A stretch of 49,335 nt of DNA, the filler included, from Catajapyx aquilonaris (Eukaryota): NCBI GenBank assembly GCA_000934665.2. It is 2 parts of 2 records of this genome, joined end to end, with 100 filler letters (N's around TTAATTAATTAA, not from the genome) between each part and the next. Parts side by side here need not be neighbours in the genome. Positions count along the whole stretch, not along the records: positions 24,850 to 49,335 come from JYFJ02005503.1; 1 more part is not named here. One strand, written 5' to 3'. Positions 35,651 through 48,814 of this stretch are shown here, one piece after another. Position numbers and translations under genes: made by a program. Below the pieces are notes generated by a model. It ran no database searches. It had not been told where the DNA came from and worked only from the letters and a program-made list of their open reading frames with translations. How positions within the stretch are numbered: position 1 is the stretch's first letter; each line of letters begins with the position of its first letter.

Positions 35651-37701
35651 ATGTTGGTACCCATCGCTGTTATGTGTGCCCTGCACTTGGTCGGAGCAAC
35701 ACCAGGTGAGCATTGTGTATACCACAATTTTTTGAGGGGATGTTTATCGCTAAAATGTGGCAACATGTATCCCCCAAAGTAGGTGAAGGTTACTACAGTT
35801 CCGTACGAAACATTTTTTGATTTTATTTTTCATGAACAGCCGATTCGTACGATTTCATCGTGGTCGGAGGCGGTTCTGCCGGTGCAGTGGTAGCCAACAG
35901 ACTGTCCGAAGTGCCCCAATGGTCCGTCCTACTGGTGGAAGCCGGAGGTAAGCCTACCTACGAGTCGGACGTACCGTACCTGGTATCGGTTGAGAAGTTC
36001 ACGAGCCTGGACTGGGGATATCAAACCGAGCCCGAACCGGACAGTTGCATCGGACATGAACATCGTCCTCTTCCTTGGCCCAGAGGGAAGGTTTTGGGAG
36101 GAACCAGTGTGCTCAACTCCATGTTGTACTCTAGAGGGAACCGACACGACTTTGACCTCTGGTCCAAATTGGGCAACACCGGTTGGGGTTACGACCAGGT
36201 GCTACCTTACTACCTCAAGTCCGAAAACAACCACAATGCGGAGTACGTCAAGAGTGGGTACCATGCCACTGGAGGTTACCTCTCAGTTGGAGAAGCGCCT
36301 TTCCTCAGCAAGATCGGAGAGGCATTTCTGAAGGTCAGAGCTCAGGGCTGGGTCACTTATTGTTACTACCACTTTCCGGTTCATTTGCAGGGTGCTTCTG
36401 AAATGGGGTACGACGTACGGGATTGCAATGGGAAGAATCAGACCGGGTTCATGGTCATACAAGGGACTGTGGACCATGGGAAGAGAGACAACACCTACAG
36501 GGCCTTCCTGGAGCCGGTGATGGGCCGGCCCAATTTGGACATCTTGCCCAACGCTAGAGTACAGAGAGTGCTCATTAACAGTAAGCCAAATTTTAATTAA
36601 ATCGTGTACACTGCTTTACACTGTCCGCATTTGCAGGCGTAAATAAGTCGGCATACGGCATCGAGGTGATGTGCAATGACAGCAGCGTGCACCAAATCAT
36701 GTCCAGCAAAGAGGTCATCCTGAGCGCAGGAGCCATCAATTCCCCTCAGCTTCTTCTGCTCTCTGGAGTGGGTCCAGCTGACCACCTCACCTCCGTTGGG
36801 GTGCAGGTGACCCTCGATCTTCCAGGGGTTGGTCTGAACCTGCGTGACCACCTGTCCTCGGTGGCTACTTTCCTGGTGGAGCCTCAGGTCAGTCTGAAGC
36901 CTGAGAGGGTTCTGAACGTCAACAACTTCCTGGAGTGGCTGGAGAAAGGGGATGGTCCACTCAGTGTTCCAGCAGCTGAGGAAGGAATGGCCTTTCTCAA
37001 CACAAACTACGCTCCAAAGTCAGGCGACTGGCCGGACATCGAGTTCCAGTTGGTCAGCATGTCCCCTGCTTATGAGGCCATGCAACATCATATGTTCGCG
37101 ATGGACCAGGAATCATGGGCCAAATACAGGAAGGACCTGGACAACATGGACAGCTGGATGGTGGTGGCCACTCTGATGAGGCCTAACAACACTGGAGAGG
37201 TCAAGCTGAGAAGCAGCGACCCCAACGACCCTCCTCTGATCGCTCCCAACTGCTTGAGTGACCCGAATGACCTGGAGCCGCTTCTGGAAGGGTTCAAACT
37301 CGGGCTGGAACTAGCCAACACCAGCCTGTTCATGGAGATGAAATCCACATTCTGGAGTCCACCAGTTCCAGCATGCAAGGAGTACAAGCCCGGAACAAAC
37401 CAGTTCTGGAGGTCAGGTCATACCCATTCTTAACCTCAGTCGGTTTTACAGTGTATTTCTATGTGACAGGTGCTACGTGCTACACACTGCCTTCGCCAGC
37501 TTCCATTCGACTGGCACGTGTGGGATGGGATCGGACGACACTTCTGTAGTGGACAATACCCTGAAGGTTCATGGGTTGACCGGACTTCGTGTCATAGACG
37601 CGTCCGTCATGCCCACCCAACCCACTGGAAACATCAACGCGGTCACAATAATGGTTGGAGAGAAAGGATCGGACATGATCAAGGCTGATTGGAACGCCTA
37701 A
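35651..37701 (+). CDS. Secreted GMC (glucose-methanol-choline) oxidoreductase, glucose-dehydrogenase-like; exons 35651-35705, 35840-36333, 36391-36580, 36637-37411, 37470-37701
   Basis: Signal-peptide-like MLVPIAVMCALHLVGA; FAD motif YDFIVVGGGSAG; RGKVLGGTSVLN; EVILSAGAINSPQLLLLSGVG; catalytic His/Asn pair in FHSTGTCGMG and GNINA. Splice phases are consistent. Confidence 0.95.
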
Positions 37702-38006
37702 CAGGACGTGTTGTGACGACGAGGTGCTGAAATTCTAGTCGAAAATGTATTGTTGTTAACTAGTTTAAATAAATGATTTGTTGCATTCACTCGAGTAGGC
37801 TACATTTATTCGTGGTATGTTGAGCAACAAGTTAGCACAATTACATCGATATCGGAAACGCCAAAATTCTGTTAACATGATTGTGTGTCACACGGTGTCA
37901 CATCTGTCAATAGTAATGTGCAACATGCAATACCCAAGAGGGCTAGACAATATTGAGCAAATGCTTCTGCTGTGCTTCGAAGTCAACGTACGTATGCACA
38001 GTATAA

Positions 38007-39874
38007 TCACCTGCAGCATATTTCTTTCAAGAATGCAAGGAGAGCTAGAGTGATTCCAACTTGCAACAATAGAAAAGGGCCTTTAATTTGTGTCAGTGCA
38101 AAAACCTTTTGGTATTCATCTGAGATATTACTGGCCGCCCTTTCCTTTCCGTGGGCCAACTTCTTCATGAATTCAATGTGGTTGAAACACTTAATCGCAA
38201 GACCGATACTGTTGTACTGAGACTTGGGTCCAGTAATTGAAGTTGTTTGAGTAAATGCTTCCCTTGCCTATGGCCATTGACTGATATGTTGCGAGACATG
38301 CGTCCTCAGATATGAACGTGCGATCCAGAGCGTCCTTAATCTTTTCTTCAAAAATCTCCAAAACGAAATCAATTTTTAAGCAAACTCTATCCTCCTCAAA
38401 AATCGTTTAAAAACATTGATCACCCTCTACCTTCTGAAGTTTTGATAGAAATCGCGATAATCCTTCCTTGTTGTCATCTGCCGAGTTTATTATCAGAAAA
38501 TACGTGTACTCACGGGCGTTTATCGAGAACTTTGAATCAAGCAGCTCTGCCATAGTTTTAGGCACTATTTCCTTAGGAGGATAAGAGAGAAGTTGAAACA
38601 ACTGTGCCCTGTACCCTGTGGTCACAATGAGAGAAAAATAAACCCAGGCCCATACAAATATTCTGACATGTATTGCTGTAGATTTCAAAGTTGCATTCTG
38701 CTCCAGCATAACCACAGCTAAGTACTTACAACCTGCAATTAGAGCTTTCCATCGCTCTGCCTTTCCAATTCTTTTATGCAGAAGCAATAAAATTACGGAA
38801 CACATGAAGAAACATGTAACAAAGAGACACCATGATATCGGTTGGTAAGGATACGTGAGAATCATTGGCGAGTTAATCTCTAGTGGCTGGCGGGCCATAA
38901 ATGTTATACGGTTTTGAATATGGGGTGTGATCATGTCGAATATCGCGTTTGTCAGTTCAATGAGAAGAGTAGTTTGCAGAAAAGACACTTCACCTCTGTT
39001 GATGTCGTTCACCAATTCAACAACTCCGGCCAGGCTGGTTGAATTAGGATCGAAGGGAATGACTTTCGTGTACCACTTGAAATGAAGAGCCTCTCCCAAA
39101 AAGCAACTCAGAATCTGGATCACGGAGAAAGGGTCGCAAATGTCGCTGGTGAAGTTGTCCTTTTCAGCAAAAGAAATGGTGTTTAGTAACTTGCCATGGA
39201 AATCGGTTGAGTAGTCTTTGAGGAGCAAATCTGCAAGATTGCTTGCTCTCAATTCCTTCCTTTCAATTGTTGGATTGCCCTCGTCGCAAAAAAAAGCAGA
39301 CAGACGACACCATGGCGATGTCATCATCATTCTTCGTGGACAATGCGACTTTGTGTTTCAACTTTGAAGCCTGTTGTTCCAGCAAATATTCCTCTGGCAT
39401 CTCCTCATCTCTGACCCAAATGATGAAATGATCCTTGCTTCGTTTGACCAGCAATATGCCTTCGGGATCCAGCAACTCGTTCATGGAGTCTTCGTAATTG
39501 TCGCTGCAAATTGTGATGAAATGGACCATGCACTTGCTGTTCCGAGGGTTTTCTTCGAGTGACCAACCTTGGATGTGAATTATTGAAGGAGGCAACTTCG
39601 AGCAGTCCCATCGTCTTGGCTGTGACTTGGCCATCAGAATAGTTGGTCTCCAAGCCAGGGACATGTTGGTCACCAGATTCTGCAGAGGTGATGGCCAACC
39701 TCCGAGGTCATGGGTCACCTCCAAGGGGCAGTTCAAGTTCACTCTGTCGCCAATTTTCAACAATACCCACAATGACCGATGGACATGTACAGATTCGATG
39801 AATGTTGACATCATAAAGTCACCTACCACTGCATTAAGAAACAGAATTATGATAATGTTGTTAGCAATTTTCAT
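38007..39874 (-). pseudogene. Intronless divergent ionotropic receptor (IR)-like pseudogene
   Basis: Signal peptide; LTYPYQPISW-M1; RIFVWAWVYFSLIVTTGYRAQLFQLLSYP (M3); terminal TM LTQIKGPFLLLQVGITLALLAFLKE. Lesions: frameshift at the T8 run about 39288-39295, in-frame TAA at 38407-38409, second frameshift near 38220. Confidence 0.82.
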
Positions 39875-41062
39875 ACTTGTGGTTTTTGTACAGCTCTTGT
39901 ATGTCCCTGCTTTTCACGCAAATGTCAAAATGCACACTGACCATGCTGGGCAACAAGCTTGCGAGACTTTATCAATATTGGGAAACCCAGCAGGACATGC
40001 TGTGTCAACAACATTGTCATGTCTGTCAACAAGTAAGTCGAATGACTGCAATACTCTTGATCTTCAGCGTTTCTCAACCTTTTGCCACATCGGGCCCCCC
40101 TGGAAAGTAATTTCAGATATCACCCCCCCCCCNCCCCCCCCGCACCCTATTTTTTAAACCCCAAACCAAATAGGCCCACCGCAGGCGATTTTTTTTGTTC
40201 AAGGTCACACAAGGTTAGGTGAATGTATTAACTGACGAAGTACAGTGGAATCCTCCTATACTGAAACTTCTTTGGAGGGAAGGGTTGGGTTATTGAACAA
40301 ATGTTTCTGATTGGAAGGAAGTTGAGCGCTCGGCCAGGCTCGGCTTTCACTGCCTTCCTTGCTTATCAGTCACATTTGCTGCTTTGTAATAATTGGGAAT
40401 TGATCATGCAAAGGCACTTGCAGTCACCTGTGTTATTAGCAACTGTCAATAAATTGACTTGAAAATATTCGATTTTTGTTAATCAGAATCAGCGGCATTG
40501 CTCGTCAGTCCTGTGATGTGAAAAATTGTGCAATAAATACGAATATATTTTGCATAATATCTGTTTCTGCAATGAAAACCTCTCCTTCATAATTATGTGG
40601 CATATCATGGCGTGTTACGACCAACTTGTCTCCTGCATTACTTGGAAGAAGATATATTGCTCGCAATGCAGAATCAGTGCATGCAATTTTATCGCCCTTT
40701 TGCTGCAACTTCAACGTACCGCAGATATGCATTTATCGGGCCAGATTTCTTCAAACATCGTGCCATTCATTTAATTTGACCACGGAACGATCCATTTTTC
40801 CGTTTGGCGGGTTCGAGAAACCGAAACGCGCCGTTTCCTCCGCCCGCCCTCGAAAAGTAATTCCGGCATGTAACACCCGATTGCACCAACACTATCGAGT
40901 CTTTCGGGGTCGTGTACGGTCACAACGGTGCGACAATATAAATGAATGCGGGAGCTGTATGACCGAATTGATGTGAGATACGCAGAATGATACGAAATGC
41001 CTGTTGAGACAATGCGGGCAGCTATCATCTGAATCGCGGCGATCGCGGTTGTTAATAATATA

Positions 41063-41892
41063 GCTGCTAATAGCGCCACCTCTAAGATGGTCTGCAGACG
41101 TCGGGTTATCAGGTGAAAGACCAAGCAAGGCCCAGTGTGGAAAGCTTTTTAATTCCTTATGAACATTGTGAAACCACGGAGAGACATCCACACGGACAGG
41201 GGGAGGAGGAAGTGGCCAAGGAAGGAGGGTGAGCGAGAGGATGGGGCGGCTGAGGCCTGCCTGCTGGTGTCATCGCTGTTGCACACGTCCTTTGTGCAAA
41301 AGCACACGTTGTCCTGATACAAATCAGCGCAATCCTTGTACTTCTCATAATTCTTGTCTGATGCTTCAATACAACCGTAGCTGGTGATACTACCTTTGGA
41401 CAAAGAAAAGGATCCGTGAATGGGTCATCTTACTACGATGGTCTAGTGTTGTCCTTGTTGTTGTCCCTGTTACAACAGTCCCCNGCTGCTAATAGCGCCA
41501 CCTCTAAGATGGTCTGCAGACGTCGGGTTATCAGGTGAAAGACCAAGCAAGGCCCAGTGTGGAAAGCTTTTTAATTCCTTATGAACATTGTGAAACCACG
41601 GAGAGACATCCACACGGACAGGGGGAGGAGGAAGTGGCCAAGGAAGGAGGGTGAGCGAGAGGATGGGGCGGCTGAGGCCTGCTTGCTGGTGTCATCGCTG
41701 TTGCACACGTCCTTTGTGCAAAAGCACACGTTGTCCTGATACAAATCAGCGCAATCCTTGTACTTCTCATAATTCTTGTCTGATGCTTCAATACAACCGT
41801 AGCTGGTGATACTACCTTTGGACAAAGAAAAGGATCCGTGAATGGGTCATCTTACTACAATGGTCTAGTGTTGTCCTTGTTGTTGTCCCTGT
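41063..41892. repeat. Near-exact 422-bp-period duplication of the last Ly6 exon region, probably an assembly artefact
   Basis: 41063-41471 matches 41485-41892 with two substitutions seen; single N at 41484 and 41893 bound the second copy. Confidence 0.85.
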
Positions 41893-42396
41893 NCATGAGC
41901 ATTATTGCTTGTGGCCTGGAATACCTCCGTGGCATGAGTCCTCACTGTCGCGCGAGTTCACCCTTCACCCTGTATATAGCCCGCCATACATAATCCTATT
42001 GTACGCAATCATTACCTGCGCCGGTGTAGTATTTGATGCAGTAGAAGGAGCAAGCTACACCATCATCTCACTCCTGGTGGCGGAAGTGCACTCGATCTCT
42101 TTCCTGTGTGTGCACTGGGTTGAGTTGCCCGCCTCCCCCACTGTTTCCTCACTTGCCTCTTCCCGTGCCTCAGTCACTCCTTCTTCGCAGCTGTATTGGT
42201 AGCACTTGAGACCGGTGGCTGCGAACAAGAACCATCGGTGAGTGGTAACAAAAGCACACTGTGTGCAGGTTCCCCTCACACAGTGTCGCTCACCTGTCGT
42301 TGTCACCATGGCGATGACGAGGAGGGCTAGGAGGAGGCAGCCCCCCCTCCCCAACCGGGCAGCAGCAGGCCCCTGCTGGACCACGGAGGCTGCCAT
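41571..42396 (-). CDS. Ly6/uPAR three-finger (quiver-like) GPI-anchored protein; exons 42396-42294, 42218-42016, 41815-41571, with a frame break near 42055-42071
   Basis: Hydrophobic signal, GLKCYQ start, YCIK, YGC, VCFCTKDVCN end, then a Ser-rich spacer and hydrophobic tail. Confidence 0.78.
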
Positions 42397-43836
42397 CCTG
42401 GCCACGGCTGCAGCTGATCTCTCTGAGCCGGGAATTTCACCTCTCTTGGGCCGGGACACCTTCTCAACCGCGACCGTCCGCGAACTGACCGGAATTCCAA
42501 ACAACAAGCGTCAACAAACCGAGGGAGACACGTTGTTGTCAGGTTGTTGTCCCCAGCTACCGCTGCCTTATTATTGGCATTCTAACGTCGCTATATATGG
42601 GGGCACGATCGCTATAGGGACAAACCCGACTTTCTCCATTTTGCTACATACCTTGGTACCTTTCTTTTGGGACATCAAAAAGGGTAACATAACGTATTGA
42701 CATATGTAAAATGTTCAAGCACTCCAGATACTTTCACTTTTGGCACCCAATCCAACCGGGTGTTGTAGCTTCGTGCGGAGGTGTGTGACCGGATTTTTTC
42801 CGGTCATGTAAACGCCTCATTGTATCAACTGATTGTGCCATAACTGTACAAGCTGTACCATGTGACCGTCGCCCACTAGTCTATCTCCCTCCACCGTGAC
42901 GCGCACCACGTGTCTCCTACCCGGCTCGTACCCATCCTGCCTTGCGGCCTCCCCTTTATAACCGGGTGTCGCTGTGAAATCGAGGCCAGTGCCCAGGAGA
43001 ATATCCAGGCACTTGGTCCGTCCGCTATTCTGGACATTCCTCACTCTCTTACCTTACCTTTTCACTTTGTACTGTCCTTACTGATCGCCTCTCGGACCAA
43101 TAAAATCTGTACTTGAACATACCCACTGAGTCTTCTTCCGTGTGATCCAACCGCTCGGGTCACAATGGTTACAAAACGTTGCCAAGAGAAGTCTAAAGCC
43201 AACAATTTGTTGCAAAAAAAATCGTTCCTTCAACTGATTCGGTATTTCATCTAAATCAAGCTGTAAGTATATAGTTCTCCACTTTGAATTAGATCGCAAC
43301 ACATTCTCTTGATGTACGCATGCATTCGGTCACAATCTTATTACTCCTCTCATTGCGCCAAGTGCAATCAGTGACATTGTTAAAACCGGTTTCATGCGAA
43401 AGTGAATAATGGCAAAAGGTGATTCGTGGCCATTGTGTCAAGAGTGTTCGGTAAAATTCTACTCCTCAGGTTTATTTTTGAAATCACAGAGAAGGAGATT
43501 ATTTATCCGAGATTTAGTAATGGTGCCACTCGGTAAGCTACTGCTGGTATGGGATAATCTGTACGCAGTCAAGGCGTTTGCAGTGTATAAATTCTTTGCA
43601 CATTTTGTATTACTCTTAAGGTTCTGTGACATCGTTTTATGAGATTGTCGGGCAAATCCCGTATATGTGACTCCTTCCAAAAACACGGAACCGTTACGGC
43701 TCCTTTATTGGAATAAATCTATTACTTTTACTTACTTACTACTCCCCAGGTCATCATAGATACAAGTGTAAAGGCTTGGAGTCTCGCTTTACACTTCAAG
43801 ACCTTCAACTACTTCGCATTAAATTAAAATATAGCC

Positions 43837-44688
43837 ATGCCACGACCAATCACATCTCCTCTGGAACAACTGGCCCTCAAGTCCTTCGTCCAGCTGGTGA
43901 TCAGATGCTGCCAGGCACATCCGCAGGGACACAACTGGGAGATCGAAGCTCTTGCCAGTTCCATCCCCGTCACCCTGGCCGATGACTACATGAAGGAGCT
44001 CATCTCATCGTATGGCGTGGAGTTTCTGGCGCGTCACTTCCCGGAACTGCAGGAGGTGAGCCTGGCCATGTGCCGCGACATGTCGCCAATCAACAGCATG
44101 GTTCACGTGAAGGAGCTGGCCTTGAGAGAATGCACCTCAGAGAAAATGTCGGTAGTGGATAGTGCTCTGTTCTCTCGCCTTTGTGAGCCTCCAGCTCGCT
44201 TCTGTTCCAGACCTGCAGAAGGTACTTGGAGTAATCAGCGCCCCATTGCAAGGCATGGAAAAGTTTGAGCTCCTTTACTGCGAACAAGTCGACCTGGTGC
44301 AGGTCAACAACCTGTTCCCTCTTTTGAGAAGTCTTGACCTNTCAAAATTATTGATAGACTGCGTTGGAAAGCTCAAAAAAAGCTCATAAATATGGACACG
44401 AGTATGATTTTTGAGCTCAAAGTGGCGGTGCTATCTTCACGGACCTCATTGCAAGGCATGGAAAAGTTTGAGCTCCTTTACTGCGAACAAGTCGACCTGG
44501 TGCAGGTCAACAACCTGTTCCCTCTTTTGAGAAGTCTTGACCTGTCTGACTGCCAGTTTACCAGCATCGCGAGAAACAAAGGCAACCCTTTCGTGCATCT
44601 GGAGAGGCTTCGGATCTCGGATAAAAGGGACGCGTTGGGTCGACACCATCTGATCATCGGATTGTTAAATACTGACCCCTGTGTTTGA
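43837..44688 (+). pseudogene. Disrupted leucine-rich-repeat protein gene with BC-box-like N-terminus
   Basis: TSPLEQLALK start; LRR-like FPELQEVSL, FPLLRSLDLSDC, FVHLERLRIS. There is a frame switch near 44150, an N-associated duplication (44247-44340 / 44448-44541), and truncation at the following repeat. Confidence 0.55.
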
Positions 44689-44711
44689 CTCTAAATAACT
44701 CCCGGAAAATT

Positions 44712-45617
44712 GGTCCCAAAACAAAACTTTATACATCGTTAGAAAGCTTGTTTAATTATACGTAACATATATGCGAGTTGTTTATCCTACCTATCTTCAT
44801 TGCGTAATTTTTTATGGCAAGAAGAACACGGAAAAGTGTCATTTTTTGCCTAGTTGCCGACGTTACGCAGCAAAGTGAATTTTTTAATGACACTTCTCTG
44901 AAGCCAAAAAAATTCCCCCTGTGAACCCTGGATAGTGAATATCTTTGTCTATCTAATGATATATTTGAAACTTAGAAATCGCCATTTGTGTAATCATAAT
45001 TAAGTTAATTGCACACCTCAGTTCTCTCGGCCGTTTATAATCCGAATTACTTTGCGAATGTATCGACGGCAAGCCAGAAATGTGCGTGATAAAATGACAC
45101 AGTGCTCTATTACACTAAAAATTTTAAACGCATTTAAAAGGACCGCCGTCTATTCCCGCCAGAAAGCGGGCTGGGTACTTTTCTATTAAACTGACTAAAA
45201 CAATACTTATAAAAATTTTAGTGTAATAGAGCATGGTGTAATTTTATTATGCACATTTATGGCCTGCCATTGATACATTCGCAAAGTAATTCGAATTATA
45301 AATGGCCGAGATAACTGAGGTGTGTAATTAACTTAATTATGATTACACAAATGGCGATTTCTAAGTTTCAAGTATATCATTAGATAGACAAAAATTTGCA
45401 CTATCCAGGGTTCACAGGGGAAATTTTTTGGCTTCAGAGAAGTGTCATTAAAAAATTATTTTGAAGCATAACGTCGGCAACTAGTCAAAAAATGACACTT
45501 TTCCGTGTTCTTCTTGCGATTATAAAATACATAATGAAGATAGGTAATCAACTGGCATATATATTACGTAGAATTAAACAAGCTTTCTAACGATGTATAA
45601 AGTTATTTTTTTGGACC
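44712..45617. mobile_element. Fold-back element with ~410-bp inverted arms
   Basis: About 44712-45125 is the reverse complement of about 45211-45617 (for example ATACATCGTTAGAAAGCTTGTTTAATT / AATTAAACAAGCTTTCTAACGATGTAT); spacer about 85 bp. Confidence 0.9.
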
Positions 45618-47393
45618 ATGTAAGTAGGACCCAAAGCAGTTGGGAAACGCCCGGGATTTCTCTCCCAAAATGTGCAGGGGGTCAGGGTGACCCCATTTTG
45701 GAAAAATTCAAAATATTTACATTTTTTGGCCTATTTCAAGGTCTGGCAACCACTGTAAGTTTCGGATTTGGTTTTTGCTGGCATTAGGTGTTACCTGGGG
45801 CTAGTCTGAAGTCACTATGGTGTTTAAAGTCAATCTTTTATAGAAACTGTAGGTTTTCCAGGGTCCTTTTTATGGAAAAAATTTCGTTTTTTGGTACTTT
45901 TTCGTCTATTTTTGCGGAACAGTGTACGGGATTTTTTATATAAAAAAGTGTAGCGTAATGGGCTCTTTAGAGACCCTGCAATCAAGGAATAATAGTAGAA
46001 CTTTCCTATGCAACCCTAGTACGCGTGTGCAAAAGCCTAATCTTGGGTAAAATAGCGTTTTTTCGCATATTTGGTGATTTGACTTTTTTCAACATTTAAA
46101 ACCAAATATTCTTCGGCTTTAAAATAGATTAATTCTTAGTCTAACAAACTGTCAGGGAGCCCCATCAGTATGGAAAAAGACTACGATTTCCATAAGCAAC
46201 CCAAGGCGTGTATCCGCTGAAGATAAGGCCGTATGGCTGAAGATAGGTCTGTATCTGCAATTAAGGAAGGTTATGTTAGGTTAGGTTGGTATAGCAAATC
46301 CCTACCTCTCCTCCGAGCAACATCTCGTTTGCGCCCTCTCAAGAAAGCAGTACTTCCCGACCAGCCCCCAGCCCTCGCTCCCCATCCGCCGCCCACACGC
46401 GACTAAGAGCTGGAATTTCCCTTCGTATTTCTTGGCCTGTTTTCATTGTTACTTCTTGACATTACCAGGGAGACATTACCAGGTAATAAGGAGGGTCCCT
46501 TGGAGCAATTATTGGCAACGAGACAGAGTCGGAGGGCAACCGTGGTATGCCAAAGTGAGCCGGGGTACATCTACGACCTTTGTGCCGAGAGAGTCAGACT
46601 CCCAGTGTTATGATCCCTGTCGAACGTAGGAAGACAGGGAAATGGAGAGCCAAAGAAAAGTACGACCGTTCTTAATTACAGCTAGGGACTATCTATAGAC
46701 GGAACTATGCAACACCCAGCACGGTGAGGGAAGCATGGCACCGATATATCCCAGGTCTATAGAGTAGTGTAAATAATAGTGTGTATACAAGGTATCATCA
46801 TTGTGATAAATGTCTGCAGGAAAACTCTACTGTGGGGGTTTCCACACTATGATGAGGCCATGACCATCGAGGCAACTTCACCACCACCACCAGTGAGCGT
46901 CAGCACAACACCCCTGAACGGGACATCTGCGTGGGAGATATCAGTCGTTAACCTGACACCACTATTGACCCTGGTGCTGTTATCATTGCAACTGCCATGG
47001 ATTTTACCTGTGGCATATTTTCAACTGCCAAGGACAACCAAGATAGTGTGAGAATTTTTTTGTATTTTTTTATGTGGTGCGTAATCATCATCATCATCTA
47101 CATCACGACCTTTCCCTATAAGGGGTAGTCAGCGATGATAGGAGACGCAAGCTAGCCCAATAATAATAATTATTATTATGGCACCACCCCCACACCTCAC
47201 CGACCCCGCCAGGGACATCCCCTCCACTCGCGGGAGCGAAAGAAGCCCTATCCTCAGACACATTTACCTATTTACCCCTTAATTAACCTGCGCCACCCAC
47301 ACCTATCCAAACAAGCAACCTTAGCCTCAGCCACGTCCATGGTCCCAGCGACACATGAACACCCTTATAGTCCGGGGGTTAAGGACGAGAAAT

Positions 47394-47820
47394 GAGCTGA
47401 ACTATATGCATTTTGTGAATAAAAGGTGCCGCTTTGCACATAAACTAATTCGACCCTTCCGAACATTTCTGGAAGGGGCGCCAATCGAAAATCGGATGCG
47501 GACGGCCGCCATCTTGGAAAAATGGCGGCGAAAATAGGTTTTCTTGATTTATCTCGTGAATGGCTGAATGAATGTGGATTTATGATCGGGACACATTGAA
47601 AGAGTGTACGATTCTACATATATTCGATCCCTATCATTTCTTTGTAGAGCGAACCGCTACAAAGATATCGCCGATTATAATGACCCATCATATCCACTCA
47701 AGGAGTTTTTTAAGGAGATGAACTATGCATTTCGTGACTTAAAGGTGCCGCTTTGCACATAGACTAATCCGACCCTCCTGAACATTTCTGGAAGGGGCGC
47801 CAATCGAAATTTGAATGCGG
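47394..47820. repeat. Direct repeat pair (~110 bp, ~320 bp apart)
   Basis: AAAGGTGCCGCTTTGCACAT...GAACATTTCTGGAAGGGGCGCCAATCGAAA occurs at about 47420-47490 and about 47741-47810. Confidence 0.85.
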
Positions 47821-48814
47821 AGGGGGGTAGGAGGTGCACGCGTGCCCCCCCTCCCGCGCGCGCGCTTATAATTTCGAATTATTTCACGTATGAGGCCTTT
47901 TGAAAGGGAGTTTGCGTTCTTCGTGTGGTCAGATGGATCAGGTTAGAGGTGAGAAGCACGTACTTACGCTATCAATCAATTTCTCGGATTTCATACCCCC
48001 ACCCTCCCCCGGATCCGATACCGTTTCCTGCAGGCCTTGGGACGAATCTTGGGACTCCGGACTTGACACTAGTCGGAAGGAGGTAAGTGTGAAAATCTAC
48101 TCATGGAATTACAGAACTCATTTCTAACAATTCATGAACGACTTAGGGATAAGGTCATGTCTAAAATGTTGTTTGACAAGAATACGTGCTTTTTTATACA
48201 TATAAACTTATTTCACACTCAAAAATAGTCGTGCTTACTGTTTCAAAACAAGTTATCACAGGCTCCGATGGAATACTGTAGACTCGAACTCTTATTTGGT
48301 CCATTCGTAAGTAGTCCGGATGCTAAGCCACAAAAATCGACCCCACCTTGCATTTTGGTATTAAAGCATGCCGCTTTGCTGAATGACTATATGGACCCTC
48401 CCCTTCATTTTAAGAAATGTTGCCACGGTCGGAACCCGCGCAGAGGCACGATATACAGGGTGCCAACCGCTCAGGGACCGGTATTGGTGAAACCCGATTC
48501 TGAGCGCCAGAAATGTCCGATCGACATCGGGTTTTTTACCAGTTGGGGCGGGAATGGGTGCCGGACTATTCCCAATCAAACGTTATCCTCAAATTATAAT
48601 TTTCCCGCAAAAAAAAAATAAAAAAGCGCAAAGTGTAGTTCAAAAAAATTCAAAAAGGTCCGATGATCTGGAAACCCGTTAAAGCACCGTAGAAATGTGT
48701 AGAGATGAAATAGAAGCTCTCAATTTCAGGGTTTCTAATAATGTACTCCAGATGCCTGTGCGATAATTAGAAGCCCATTAATCCCCGTAAACAAGATGGC
48801 CGACGCGTGGCGCG

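Noticed and set aside
41063..41892. Tandem duplicated terminal exon of the Ly6 gene as alternative last exons
   Set aside because: The copies differ at about two bases and are delimited by single Ns, which is typical of allelic overlap mis-joined in assembly.
42817..43044. Possible ankyrin-like fragment (CLDILLGTGLDFTA)
   Set aside because: A single weak motif with no supporting repeats or gene structure.
44247..44541. Internal LRR exon duplication
   Set aside because: Identical ~94-bp copy ending exactly at the N at 44341; probably an artefact.
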